Shown here: positions 17,545 to 27,038 of the stretch, in pieces | Layout: every line of letters begins with the position of its first letter | Position numbering within the stretch: position 1 is the stretch's first letter | IMG/VR virus record: IMGVR_UViG_3300047403_000111 | Span: 1-42,606 of that record | Reading direction: 5' to 3' (one strand) | DNA from: a virus | Lineage: Duplodnaviria > Caudoviricetes | Length of the DNA stretch: 42,606 nucleotides | The notes under the pieces: model-generated | Database searches by the model: none | What the model saw: the letters and a program-made list of their open reading frames with translations, nothing else | What the model was told of the DNA's origin: nothing | Translations under genes and position numbers: made by a program

Positions 17545-17823
17545 ATGGCTTACGCGACTTCCAACCCGCCCCGCCTCGTGTCGCAGCCGATTGCCGGCCT
17601 GCGACTGTGGCAATACTCCAGCGCCGACGCGGTTACGCTGGTTCGTGTGTCAGGGTATTTCACCGATGGGTGGGACCTGGGCATGCGCGCCGGCGATCTC
17701 GTCCACGTGCTGGACAACGACGCCTCGCCGATCACCGGCTCGCTTTGCTGGGTGACTTCGGCAACCTCGACGGCGGTTGACTTGTCGGATGGTGTCACCA
17801 TCACCGGCACGGATACCGATTGA
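17545..17823 (+). CDS. Putative capsid decoration/cement protein
   Basis: AAAGGAG RBS; 92 aa directly after the capsid gene; GYF.DG..LGM..GD.V. Confidence 0.65.
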   Translation: MAYATSNPPRLVSQPIAGLRLWQYSSADAVTLVRVSGYFTDGWDLGMRAGDLVHVLDNDASPITGSLCWVTSATSTAVDLSDGVTITGTDTD

Positions 17824-17829
17824 TGAACC

Positions 17830-17855
17830 GGGGCCGGGGGGTAACCTCCGGCCCC
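17830..17855 (+). other. GC-rich hairpin without U-tract (stabiliser or processing site)
   Basis: GGGGCCGGGGG-GTAA-CCTCCGGCCCC, 11-bp stem with GNRA loop. Confidence 0.6.
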
Positions 17856-17872
17856 ACAACCATGAGGATTCC

Positions 17873-18319
17873 ATGAAAAAGCTGCTTTCCAGCAGGTTCA
17901 AGCCGGCGGAGCTGGTGCGGATCATCTACGACGCCAAGCCGGAAGCCGGCACGGCGTTTGAAGATGTCCTGAAGCCGGAATACTGGGCGCACCTTGGCGA
18001 GACCGTGCGGCCAGGTGATCGCATCGAGGTTACGCCGGAGGATGGCGCCTATTTCGCGGAACTGCTCGTGCGTGACTGCGGACGATTGTGGGCCAAGGTC
18101 GAACTGCTGCGGAAGGTCGATTTTGTGGCGGTTGATCCGGCGGTGGAAACATCAACCATTGACCCGTCGCATACGGTGGAGTGGCGCGGCCCGAACGGGA
18201 AATTCGCGGTCCTGCGACATGGTCGCGCTGGCGGCAAGGAAGTCCTGCACTCTGGCTTTGAAACCCGCGAGGCCGCAAATGCGTGGCTGGGCGAGCATCT
18301 AAAAGCCTTGGCGGCATAG
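17873..18319 (+). CDS. Hypothetical protein, 148 aa
   Basis: GAGGA RBS before ATG 17873; within the virion operon. Confidence 0.75.
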   Translation: MKKLLSSRFKPAELVRIIYDAKPEAGTAFEDVLKPEYWAHLGETVRPGDRIEVTPEDGAYFAELLVRDCGRLWAKVELLRKVDFVAVDPAVETSTIDPSHTVEWRGPNGKFAVLRHGRAGGKEVLHSGFETREAANAWLGEHLKALAA

Positions 18320-18329
18320 GAGCCGATGA

Positions 18330-18959
18330 ATGGCGACTTCCAAGCTTGCGCTTTATAATGGCGCTATTCGGCTGATCGGAGAGCGCAAGCTTGCCTCTTT
18401 GACGGAGGCACGGGATTCGCGCCGGGCGTTGGATGAGGCGTACGACCATGTGCTGACATATTGCCTTGAGCAAGGGCAATGGAACTTCGCCATGAGATCG
18501 GTTGCTTTAACACCCGAACCTGCGATTGAGCCGGGGTTTGGCTATCTTGAGGCATTTGAAAAGCCCAGCGACTGGGTTCGGACATCGGCGCTTTGCACGG
18601 ATGAATATTTTCGCTCGCCGCTTCTTCAATATACGGATGAGGGCGGTTATTGGTATTCTGACCAGAGCGAGATATACGTCAGGTATATTTCCAACAGCAC
18701 TAGCTACGGAATGGATCTTTCCCGCTGGCCGGCGACATACACGGCATATGTCTATCACGCTTTGGCGGTCGATATTTGCGAGCGCGTGACACAGAACGCG
18801 AGCAAGCGTGAAGTTCTGAAACGGGATATGCGAAAAGCTCTTTCGGATGCCAGCGCAAAAGACGCAATGAACGAGGCGACCATGTTCCCGCCTACGGGTT
18901 CCTGGGTGCGCTCCCGTATGGGTAGCAGCATCACGGGCCGCCGCTACGACCGGGCCTAA
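18330..18959 (+). CDS. Tail tubular protein A / adaptor (T7 gp11-like)
   Basis: N.A...IGE, WNFA, F..PSD..R motifs; size and synteny. Confidence 0.85.
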   Translation: MATSKLALYNGAIRLIGERKLASLTEARDSRRALDEAYDHVLTYCLEQGQWNFAMRSVALTPEPAIEPGFGYLEAFEKPSDWVRTSALCTDEYFRSPLLQYTDEGGYWYSDQSEIYVRYISNSTSYGMDLSRWPATYTAYVYHALAVDICERVTQNASKREVLKRDMRKALSDASAKDAMNEATMFPPTGSWVRSRMGSSITGRRYDRA

Positions 18960-18961
18960 CG

Positions 18962-21688
18962 ATGGCCAAGACAAACGCCGTTCTGCATGCGTTCAATCGT
19001 GGCGAGGTGGGCGCGCAATCTCTGGCGCGCATTGACATCGACCGCATGCGGCTGTCGGCGGAAGAACAAGTCAACTGGCTCCCTCGGACGCTTGGGCCTA
19101 TGCGGTTGCGTCCTGGATTGGGGCATATTGCCGGGACGAAAAGCGACGCGTTTGCAGTTCTGATCCCGTTCATCTTTTCGGCGACGCAAACGGCGTTGCT
19201 GGAATGCACCGCTGGGTTCTTTCGCCCGCTGGTCGATGAGGCGCCGATCACACGGGCATCTGTATCAACCACCATCGCCAACGGGACATTCACATCTTCG
19301 GCAAGCTGGACGACGGGCGGAGACGCCGGCACAACGGCAACGTTTACCGGCCAGTTGACCATGACCGCGTTGCCGATATCGTCATCTGTCACGGTGACGC
19401 AGACGGTCACTGTGGCTGGTGGTGACCAGAACGTAGAGCATGCCGTTCGGGTGGTAGTCGCGCGTGGGCCTATCCGATTTCGGATTGGTTCGACCAGTGG
19501 CGGTGATGAACTGTTTTCGCAAACGGACTTAGGGCGGGGCGAGCATTCCCTGGCGTTTACGCCTACCAATGCTGATGTCTACATTCAGTTCGAGTGCTTG
19601 ACCTCTCGATCCGCAATAGTCACGTCGATTGCCATCGAGGCATCGGGGCAGGTTTCGTTCGCGGCGGACTGGACGGCGGCGCAGTTGCGGTTGTTGCGTT
19701 GGGCGCAGTCCGGTGATGTGGTGTTTCTGGCGGAAAACGCCTACCGGCAGCGGAAGATTGAGCGGCGGTCTACTCGGTCCTGGTCGCTAGTTTGGTATGA
19801 AACCAACGATGGCCCATTTCAGGCATACCCGAAAGACGACCGCATCAAGATGTGGTCGACTGTGGCGACGGGAAATGGTCTTCTGCGATCCTCGCGCGCC
19901 TATTTCGAATCCACCCATGTCGGCGCGCTGTTTCGGCTGTTCACGACCGGATACAATCTGCCGTTCGATATTTCGTCCGCCGATACGTTTTCCCCAGCCA
20001 TTCGCATCACTGGGGTGGGAACGTCCCGGCAGATTTCGATAACGCGTGCGGGCACGTGGGCGGGAACTCTGTATCTCCAGGAGTCCTATGATAGCGAGGA
20101 CGCCGGTTTCACGGATGTCGCCACGCATAGCTACACTGGAAACGGCACGACGACCTACACCAACTCGCAGGACAACGCGATTGTCTATCTGCGGATTGGC
20201 TTCAAAACGGGCACCTACACCAGCGGCACGGCGACGGTAACGCTGGCCTATGGCGCGTCCGGGTCCACTACGTCAGCGGGTAGCGCAACGGTTGCGAAAA
20301 AAAGCGCCGGCGGCCGTTCGGGAGTTTGCCGCGTCACGGCGGTGAATAGCGCAACTGAGTGCCAGATGGAGGTGTTGAAGATATTCTCTTCCGATGTGCC
20401 ATCTGAGAATTGGTATGAGGGGGAATGGTCCGATATATCCGGATGGCCATCAGCGGTCACGTTCCATGAGGGGCGGCTGTTCTGGGCCGGGAAAGATAGG
20501 ATCTGGGGATCGGTTTCAGACAACTATTACTCGTTTGACCCGACAATCGAAGGAGAGTCCGGGCCTATTCAGCGGTCTATCGGCTTCGGTCCGGTGCAGA
20601 TCATCAACTGGCTGTTGCCGATGTCCAGGCTGATGATCGGCGCCGAAAGCAGTGAGGTTGCGGTGCGATCTTCGTCTTTCGACGAACCGTTGACGCCGAC
20701 AAATTTTTCTCTGAAAGACATTTCCACCTATGGATCGGCTCGCGTCGGCGCGGTGAAGATCGACACACGCGGGACGTTCGTGGATCGGACCAAGCAGCGG
20801 CTTTTGGAGTTGGCCTATCAGATCGAGACAAACGATTATCGGGTTCGGGATTTGACGATCCTGCACCCTGATCTCAATCTGTCCAATCCGATTGTTCAGG
20901 TTGTGGTGCAGCGCCAGCCGGATACGCGCATACACTGTATTCGTGAGGATGGAACAGTGGCAGTTCTGGTCTATGAGCCGGCGGAGGAGGTCATCTGCTG
21001 GTGGAAGATCGAAACGGATGGTGTAATCGAAAGTGCTGCAATCCTGCCGGATGATGTCGAGGATGCCGTCTATTACACGGTCAAGCGGACGATTAACGGC
21101 GCCGAAAAGCGGTTCATCGAGAAGTTTGCCCGCGAGGACGAAGCCGCGTGCGTAAACCTCAACAAAAGCGCGGATTCCTTCATTGCCTATACTGGCGCCT
21201 CTACGGCAACCATCACCGGATTGAGCCATCTTGAAGGCGAGACCGTAGTCGCGTGGGGCGACGGTGCCGATCTCGGGACATTCACGGTGGCGAGTGGGCA
21301 AATCACACTGTCCTCGGCGGTGACAAATTGCGTGGTGGGCCTGACCTATCAAGCGCGGTTCAAGAGCACGAAGCTGGCCTATGCCGCCAGCATGGGCACG
21401 GCGCTGGTGCAGAAGAAGCGCGTTAACTATCTTGGCGTGGTGCTTCACGACACGCACAAGAACGGTCTGCAATATGGGCCGGACTACACCAATCTCGACG
21501 AATTGCCGCTAATTGAGGACGGTGTAGAGACGGACGCGGATGCGACGTGGGATCACTACGACAAGCCCGCGTTCGAATTCAACGGCTCGTGGGATACTGA
21601 CTCCCGCGTTTGCCTAGTGGCGAACGCTCCCCGGCCATGCACGATCCTGGGCGCCGTGATCGGCGTTGCGACACACGACAAGGCGTAA
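18962..21688 (+). CDS. Tail tubular protein B / nozzle (T7 gp12-like)
   Basis: FNRGEV, G...RPG, AQSGDV, GWPSAV.FHEGRL.WAG, HLEG.TV, VGL.Y. Confidence 0.9.
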   Translation: MAKTNAVLHAFNRGEVGAQSLARIDIDRMRLSAEEQVNWLPRTLGPMRLRPGLGHIAGTKSDAFAVLIPFIFSATQTALLECTAGFFRPLVDEAPITRASVSTTIANGTFTSSASWTTGGDAGTTATFTGQLTMTALPISSSVTVTQTVTVAGGDQNVEHAVRVVVARGPIRFRIGSTSGGDELFSQTDLGRGEHSLAFTPTNADVYIQFECLTSRSAIVTSIAIEASGQVSFAADWTAAQLRLLRWAQSGDVVFLAENAYRQRKIERRSTRSWSLVWYETNDGPFQAYPKDDRIKMWSTVATGNGLLRSSRAYFESTHVGALFRLFTTGYNLPFDISSADTFSPAIRITGVGTSRQISITRAGTWAGTLYLQESYDSEDAGFTDVATHSYTGNGTTTYTNSQDNAIVYLRIGFKTGTYTSGTATVTLAYGASGSTTSAGSATVAKKSAGGRSGVCRVTAVNSATECQMEVLKIFSSDVPSENWYEGEWSDISGWPSAVTFHEGRLFWAGKDRIWGSVSDNYYSFDPTIEGESGPIQRSIGFGPVQIINWLLPMSRLMIGAESSEVAVRSSSFDEPLTPTNFSLKDISTYGSARVGAVKIDTRGTFVDRTKQRLLELAYQIETNDYRVRDLTILHPDLNLSNPIVQVVVQRQPDTRIHCIREDGTVAVLVYEPAEEVICWWKIETDGVIESAAILPDDVEDAVYYTVKRTINGAEKRFIEKFAREDEAACVNLNKSADSFIAYTGASTATITGLSHLEGETVVAWGDGADLGTFTVASGQITLSSAVTNCVVGLTYQARFKSTKLAYAASMGTALVQKKRVNYLGVVLHDTHKNGLQYGPDYTNLDELPLIEDGVETDADATWDHYDKPAFEFNGSWDTDSRVCLVANAPRPCTILGAVIGVATHDKA

Positions 21689-21691
21689 TGC

Positions 21692-22054
21692 ATGCTTGAG
21701 GTGCGGCCCGCTCGGCTGGATGACTTTCTGGCGTTCGCCAGAAAGCAGCCGCCGGTCCGGGTAAAAGCATATGCAGCGGTTGAGGATGGTGAGGTCGTGG
21801 CCGTTGGCGGGATTGCGTTCTGTGGTGATGGCGTGTTCCAGGTGTTCTTCGATGTCAAAGACGCAGAGACCCGCCGGCGCTATCCCGTGACGTTGTGGAA
21901 AAACGCAGTTCGGTTGCTCCACAGTGCGCGATCGGATGGCATTCTGCGATTGGTCGCGTTCCCGCAAGAGGGAATTGAGGAAGCGGAACGGTTTTTGCGG
22001 AGGCTTGGCTTCGTGCCGAGTGACGATGCGTCTGGCGCTTTCGTTTGGGAATGA
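21692..22054 (+). CDS. GNAT-like protein (T7 gp13-like position)
   Basis: VRPAR.DD, VVAVGG, A.RFLRRLGF. Confidence 0.65.
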   Translation: MLEVRPARLDDFLAFARKQPPVRVKAYAAVEDGEVVAVGGIAFCGDGVFQVFFDVKDAETRRRYPVTLWKNAVRLLHSARSDGILRLVAFPQEGIEEAERFLRRLGFVPSDDASGAFVWE

Positions 22055-22064
22055 GGACACAATA

Positions 22065-22589
22065 GTGGCTTCTTTGGCTTTAATCAGCACCATTGCCTCG
22101 GCAGTTGGCACCGTCGTATCTGTGATTGGTTCCATCCAGCAGGGGCAGGCGCAGCAGGAGATGGCCAACTACCGGGCCAAGCTGGCGGAAATGCGCGGCA
22201 AGGAAGAGTTTGCGGCCGGCCAGCGGCGTATGATGCAGGAACGCCGCCGCAAAGAACTGGCTTTGTCCTCCTTGCAAGCACGCGCGGCGGCGAGTGGTGG
22301 CGATACGACGGATCCCACCGTGGTCAATCTTGGTGCTGGCCTTGAGCAAGAGGGCGAGTTCCGGGCGCTTACCGAGTTCTACAAAGGCGAGAATGCCAAA
22401 CGCGGATACCAGGATGCGGCGGCGGCGGCACGGTTTGAGGGAGAACAGGCAGCGTCCGCCTCGTTGTGGAAAGCCGGCGGCACGCTGCTGAGCGGAGTAG
22501 GGTCGTTTGCGAGCAATTACGATAAAGCCTTCGGTAGTGGAAATTACTACGCTACCGGAGACTCCGCCAAAATAGACTGGTATCGATAA
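22065..22589 (+). CDS. Internal virion/ejection protein (T7 gp14-like)
   Basis: GAGGA RBS before GTG 22065; hydrophobic N-terminus, Q/A-rich coil, AAASG, G-rich C-terminal helix. Confidence 0.8.
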   Translation: MASLALISTIASAVGTVVSVIGSIQQGQAQQEMANYRAKLAEMRGKEEFAAGQRRMMQERRRKELALSSLQARAAASGGDTTDPTVVNLGAGLEQEGEFRALTEFYKGENAKRGYQDAAAAARFEGEQAASASLWKAGGTLLSGVGSFASNYDKAFGSGNYYATGDSAKIDWYR

Positions 22590-22605
22590 CCACTAGGACA
22601 CGCCA

Positions 22606-25248
22606 TTGCCCAAACTCCCCGACTTCCAGGTTTTAGGCGGTTCGCAATCGTTCGAGTCCGGGCGGCCTATGCGTGGGATCGACGCGACTGCTGTTTCTAA
22701 TGCGATGGAGGGCTTTGGGGCGGCGCTTGTCGGGGTTGGTGATAAGTTTGGCAAGATCGCCGAGAGGCAGGAAGCGGAAGAACGCATTATGGCGTTCGCG
22801 CGTGCGGATGCGGACCTCGTGACGCGGCAACCGGAGTTTGAAGAACAGGTCAAGCGCAATCCGGATTATAATACGTGGGGAGATGCCTACAAAGCCAACG
22901 CCCCAGCATTGCTGCAGCAGTCCGCGCAACTGATCGAAAACCCCCGCCATCGTGAACTGTGGATGGCGCGTCGGCAGACGAATGTCGCCCAAGGCTTGGC
23001 GCGCATCGGCGAGGAAGCGCAGCGGCGCAATAAGGATCACTATCTCGCAGAAGCTGGCACGACGTTGGAAACCCTGGATCGCACGTTTCAGACTGCGACT
23101 GATGAAGCAACGCGCACTGAAACTGTGACGGCAGCTCAGAACATCATCCGCGACCTGGTGCTGCGCGGTGTGATCAAGGAATCTGTCGGCGCGGATATGG
23201 GCCGTCGCTGGGTTGAGGGCGCTTCTGTCGGGTCTCTGGCAACGCTACCGCCGGCGGAGCGGGTGGCGGTTCTGGGGGGGAATGTCACGGCATTACGACA
23301 AATGGAATCGGGTGGCATTCCCAGCAAAGTCAATCAACTTGGTTATGCTGGTTTGTATCAGTATGGTGCTCCGCGATTGGCTTATCTGGGAGTTTATCAG
23401 CCGGGAGTGCATGAGGACTTAGGCACCTGGTCTAAAACGCCAAGCACGACACCAGGAAAATGGTCTGGGACGCTCAATATCCCTGGATTCCCAGATGTCA
23501 AAACCATCAAGGATTTTCTTGCTACGCCGGCGGCACAAGAAGCTGTTTTTCAGCTCGACGACAAGAAAAAAGATCAGGAAATCCAGTCGGCTGGATTTGA
23601 CAAATATATCGGGCAGACAGTCGGCGGGGTCGTGATGACCCGCGAAAGTATTAAGAATATGATCCATCTCGGTGGCGTGGAAGGCACCCGTATCGCGTTG
23701 GAAAGCGACGGTAGAATTACTTCACGTGATTTGAACGGAAAATCCGTGATGGATTACGCTAGGCTGGGGCAAACATCCGGTCGAGCTGTTCAGTTGGCCG
23801 CGTTTCTTCCTCCCGACAAACGCGCCATCCTTTTGGATCGCGCCGAGGCGGAATATCGTGAGGAGCAGCGGCGTTTTAGCGCGGGAATGCAAAATGAACG
23901 CGCGCAAATCGGGCTACTCCGTAAGGACGACATCACTTCGATTGAAGCAACCGGCCAGGGTCTGGCGCCAGAGGTTTTGAACCGCGACCGCATTTTGGCG
24001 GTTTCGGGCGATATCGGCGCGCTGGATTGGGAAAATGATCGCGCACGGGCGCGGCGGGTTTTTGAGGTGGTGGATGGCGCTCGCACGATGCCTCGCCAAG
24101 CCATTGAGGCGCGGCTACAGGCGATTGAGCCACGTCCGGGCACGGAAGGCTATGCCGACGATCTGGCCGCCTACACGAAAGCCCAGCGCGCCGTGGCGAG
24201 CATCCTGGACGCCCGCGACAAGGACCCGGCCTTGGCAGCGGAGGCTATGCCGTTCGTGCAGTCAGCCAGGCAGTCGGCAGCCCAAGCGGCAGAACAGAAC
24301 CCCGCCAATGCGCCGGCTGGTGCGCAGTCTGTCATATCGGCACGGCTGGCCGCGCAGGAACAGATGATGATGCCGCCGGCCAAGCGTCGCGTGCTGTCCA
24401 ATGCGGAAGTCTCGGCGATGGCGTCCGAGATCACTGCTGGCCCAGCGGATGAAGTGAATGTGGCTGGCAAGCTGGATGCGTGGCAGAAAATCTATGGCCC
24501 GCACTGGCCGCGCGTGTATGGCGAGTTGGTGCAGCATGGGAAGATTCCAGGCCCCTACCAGGTCTTGGCATCCATGACGGAGCCATCGCAAATTCCCGCG
24601 CGGATCGCGTTGCAGCGGGGATTGACGATCATGGCGCAGAAAGGCGGCCTGCAACAAATGCGCGCCGCGCTCCCCGATAACACGTCCACCGATGCGGATA
24701 AGGCGATTGATAGTGCGTTGGGAGATTTCCGCGAGGTGGCCGGTGCGGTGCAAGCCGGACAGTTGTTCAACAGCGTGGAAACCGCCGCGCGTGTTCTGGC
24801 CTATCAAGACATCATGAACGGGGCATCGCCACGCACCGCCGGCAAGAACGCGGTTCATGCCATCCTTGACGCGCGGTGGGATTTCTCCGGCACGATCATG
24901 GCGCCAAAAGGTAAATTGCCTGATGTGATCAGGGCAACGCGAGAAATGACGTCAGCGTTGAAGCCAGAAGATTTGGCGCCGGGAGTGATGACGGCCATGT
25001 CATCGAATATGACAGCAGAACAGCGCCAGCAAGGGTGGCTGCGCGCCGCGCGGTCCGGGCGATGGGTGATGAATGACCGTTTGAATGGCGTGGTTCTCAT
25101 GGTCGTTATGCCGCCCTATGGGCAAAGGCCGGTGCAGCGCGTGGATGGTTCGCGAATCGAGGTGCTGTTTGACGACGTGAAGCCGCCGCCGGAGCGCCCT
25201 GGGTTTGGCATGTCCATCTTTGAAAACCTAGTCCCGGTCGCGCCATGA
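22606..25248 (+). CDS. Ejection protein with lysozyme-like (transglycosylase) domain
   Basis: ALRQMESGG..VNQLGYAGLYQYG catalytic-type motif inside an 880-aa helical protein. Confidence 0.8.
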   Translation: MPKLPDFQVLGGSQSFESGRPMRGIDATAVSNAMEGFGAALVGVGDKFGKIAERQEAEERIMAFARADADLVTRQPEFEEQVKRNPDYNTWGDAYKANAPALLQQSAQLIENPRHRELWMARRQTNVAQGLARIGEEAQRRNKDHYLAEAGTTLETLDRTFQTATDEATRTETVTAAQNIIRDLVLRGVIKESVGADMGRRWVEGASVGSLATLPPAERVAVLGGNVTALRQMESGGIPSKVNQLGYAGLYQYGAPRLAYLGVYQPGVHEDLGTWSKTPSTTPGKWSGTLNIPGFPDVKTIKDFLATPAAQEAVFQLDDKKKDQEIQSAGFDKYIGQTVGGVVMTRESIKNMIHLGGVEGTRIALESDGRITSRDLNGKSVMDYARLGQTSGRAVQLAAFLPPDKRAILLDRAEAEYREEQRRFSAGMQNERAQIGLLRKDDITSIEATGQGLAPEVLNRDRILAVSGDIGALDWENDRARARRVFEVVDGARTMPRQAIEARLQAIEPRPGTEGYADDLAAYTKAQRAVASILDARDKDPALAAEAMPFVQSARQSAAQAAEQNPANAPAGAQSVISARLAAQEQMMMPPAKRRVLSNAEVSAMASEITAGPADEVNVAGKLDAWQKIYGPHWPRVYGELVQHGKIPGPYQVLASMTEPSQIPARIALQRGLTIMAQKGGLQQMRAALPDNTSTDADKAIDSALGDFREVAGAVQAGQLFNSVETAARVLAYQDIMNGASPRTAGKNAVHAILDARWDFSGTIMAPKGKLPDVIRATREMTSALKPEDLAPGVMTAMSSNMTAEQRQQGWLRAARSGRWVMNDRLNGVVLMVVMPPYGQRPVQRVDGSRIEVLFDDVKPPPERPGFGMSIFENLVPVAP

Positions 25249-27038
25249 GTGAGTTTGTCAGCGGTTTCGCGATCACGGGCGCACCGCCACTGGATAATCC
25301 GGAACTGCGCGAGACGGGACTTGACCTTATCCCTGAACAAGCGGGCGCTGTTTTGGGAGAGACGTTCTCTCAAGCGATGCAGGATAACGTCCTGTCTCGC
25401 TTGTTCCAGGCCGGCCAGGATTTGGCGAGCTACGGTATCATCGCCACCCCGGATGGTGGTGTGTTGCTTCCTGAATCTGCCAGGCCGCCGATGCTTTCGC
25501 CCGAGGAAGCCAATAAGCGGTTCTCCCTGCCAGGCATGAAGCCGTTTACTTCGCCCACGCCGGAGCCGGTGGCGCAGTCGATCTTTGAAGCCAATCAGGA
25601 GCGCATCAACCGGCAATATATCATCGAACGTCGCGCCGAGGGATTGGCAACCAGCATGGCAGCGCGGTTCCTGACATCGGCAGCGGCTTCTGCTCTCGAT
25701 CCTGTGAACCTTGGCGCGTCGCTGATCCCGGTTGTCGGCCAAGCCAGAATGGCGGCGTGGCTTGCGGCGCAAGGGAGCGCAATGGGCCGGGCTGGTGTCC
25801 GGGCCGGCGTTGGTGCAGCGCAGGGCGCGGTTGGGGCGGCGCTGATTGAACCGTTCATCGCTATGGGCATGGAGCGGGACAGGAACGATTGGGAGATGTC
25901 CGGCGCCGCGCTGAATATCGCGCTTGGCGCGACGATCGGCGGTGTGCTCAACCCCGTGGTGGGGCGGTTTTCTCGGGCGGAGCGTGATTTTGCCCGCCCG
26001 CGCGTATCGCCGGAGGCCAATGAAGCCGCGATGGCGGAGGCGATCGTCGCTCATGCTCAGGGGCGGCCAGTCGCGGCGGCGCAAGTGTTGGAAGCAGTGG
26101 AGACTGCGCAGTTTGAAACAGTCGCTCGCGAACGGATTAGTTCCGTATCTCGTATGGAACAGGACACCGCTCGCGTATCTGAAATTAGAACCGTTGCCGA
26201 GGATGTTAGGCAAGCACTCCCGCCACGGGATCGTGGTCCTGCGCCTGTTTCGTTGCTGGAATTTATCGGATCTCGTGGAGGCGTTCAAGAACAGGGCGGC
26301 GATTTACGCGCGATTGGCGCTGATACCCATTTCGTTCCTGGGCAAGGGCGGATTGTCAGAAAATCCGGCATGACATTGGATTATGCCCGAGAAGCAGCAG
26401 AAGAAGCGGGGTATTTGCGCCCCAATAGCACTATTGCGGATTTTCTAGATGCTGTGGCAGATGAAGTGGCGGGACGGCGGGTTTTTTTGCCGCATGAGGT
26501 GGCTATTGCACATGAGCGGTGGCAAGCGAGATTGGCATATCGGGACCAGGAACGGTATTTTGATTTTCAGAATGAGATCAAGGAATTGGCGGATGATTAT
26601 GGTATTCGATTGACGGAAGCGGAAAAGCATCATGCCACAATCATGGCGCTAGATGGCGAACATCCTGACGCGGCCATTCGTCTTGCGGCGGTTGGTCGGG
26701 AAGTTCAATATTATGGGGAAGATTCTCCTCAGACTGCCGAACGCGCCGCCGTGGAAGTCGCCAACGCACCAGACCCGCATCTTGCCGCCAGCGCGACGGA
26801 ATCCTCGCGGTTGCGCCGGGAGGCTCCCGATCCCAAAGGCCGGGCCAATGAAGACTTGGCGCGCCTTGTCCGGGACACGGAGGCGTTGGACATGATTATT
26901 CAGACCGAACGTGAGGCCGGGCGGTTGAAGCCTGGATCGGAAAAGGACCTGGCCGATGCGTCCGCGCGCGCTCAGCTGGCTGAAAGCGACGCGCGGGCGT
27001 TAGACGCGGCGGGCATGTGCATGGCGGTAACACGGTAA
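25245..27038 (+). CDS. Ejection/internal virion protein, 597 aa
   Basis: LDPVNL..IP followed by G/A-rich hydrophobic helices; ATGA coupling. Confidence 0.75.
   Translation: MSEFVSGFAITGAPPLDNPELRETGLDLIPEQAGAVLGETFSQAMQDNVLSRLFQAGQDLASYGIIATPDGGVLLPESARPPMLSPEEANKRFSLPGMKPFTSPTPEPVAQSIFEANQERINRQYIIERRAEGLATSMAARFLTSAAASALDPVNLGASLIPVVGQARMAAWLAAQGSAMGRAGVRAGVGAAQGAVGAALIEPFIAMGMERDRNDWEMSGAALNIALGATIGGVLNPVVGRFSRAERDFARPRVSPEANEAAMAEAIVAHAQGRPVAAAQVLEAVETAQFETVARERISSVSRMEQDTARVSEIRTVAEDVRQALPPRDRGPAPVSLLEFIGSRGGVQEQGGDLRAIGADTHFVPGQGRIVRKSGMTLDYAREAAEEAGYLRPNSTIADFLDAVADEVAGRRVFLPHEVAIAHERWQARLAYRDQERYFDFQNEIKELADDYGIRLTEAEKHHATIMALDGEHPDAAIRLAAVGREVQYYGEDSPQTAERAAVEVANAPDPHLAASATESSRLRREAPDPKGRANEDLARLVRDTEALDMIIQTEREAGRLKPGSEKDLADASARAQLAESDARALDAAGMCMAVTR

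Noticed and set aside
17830-17855. Intrinsic terminator after the capsid genes
   Set aside because: Strong stem but followed by ACAAC, with no U-tract.
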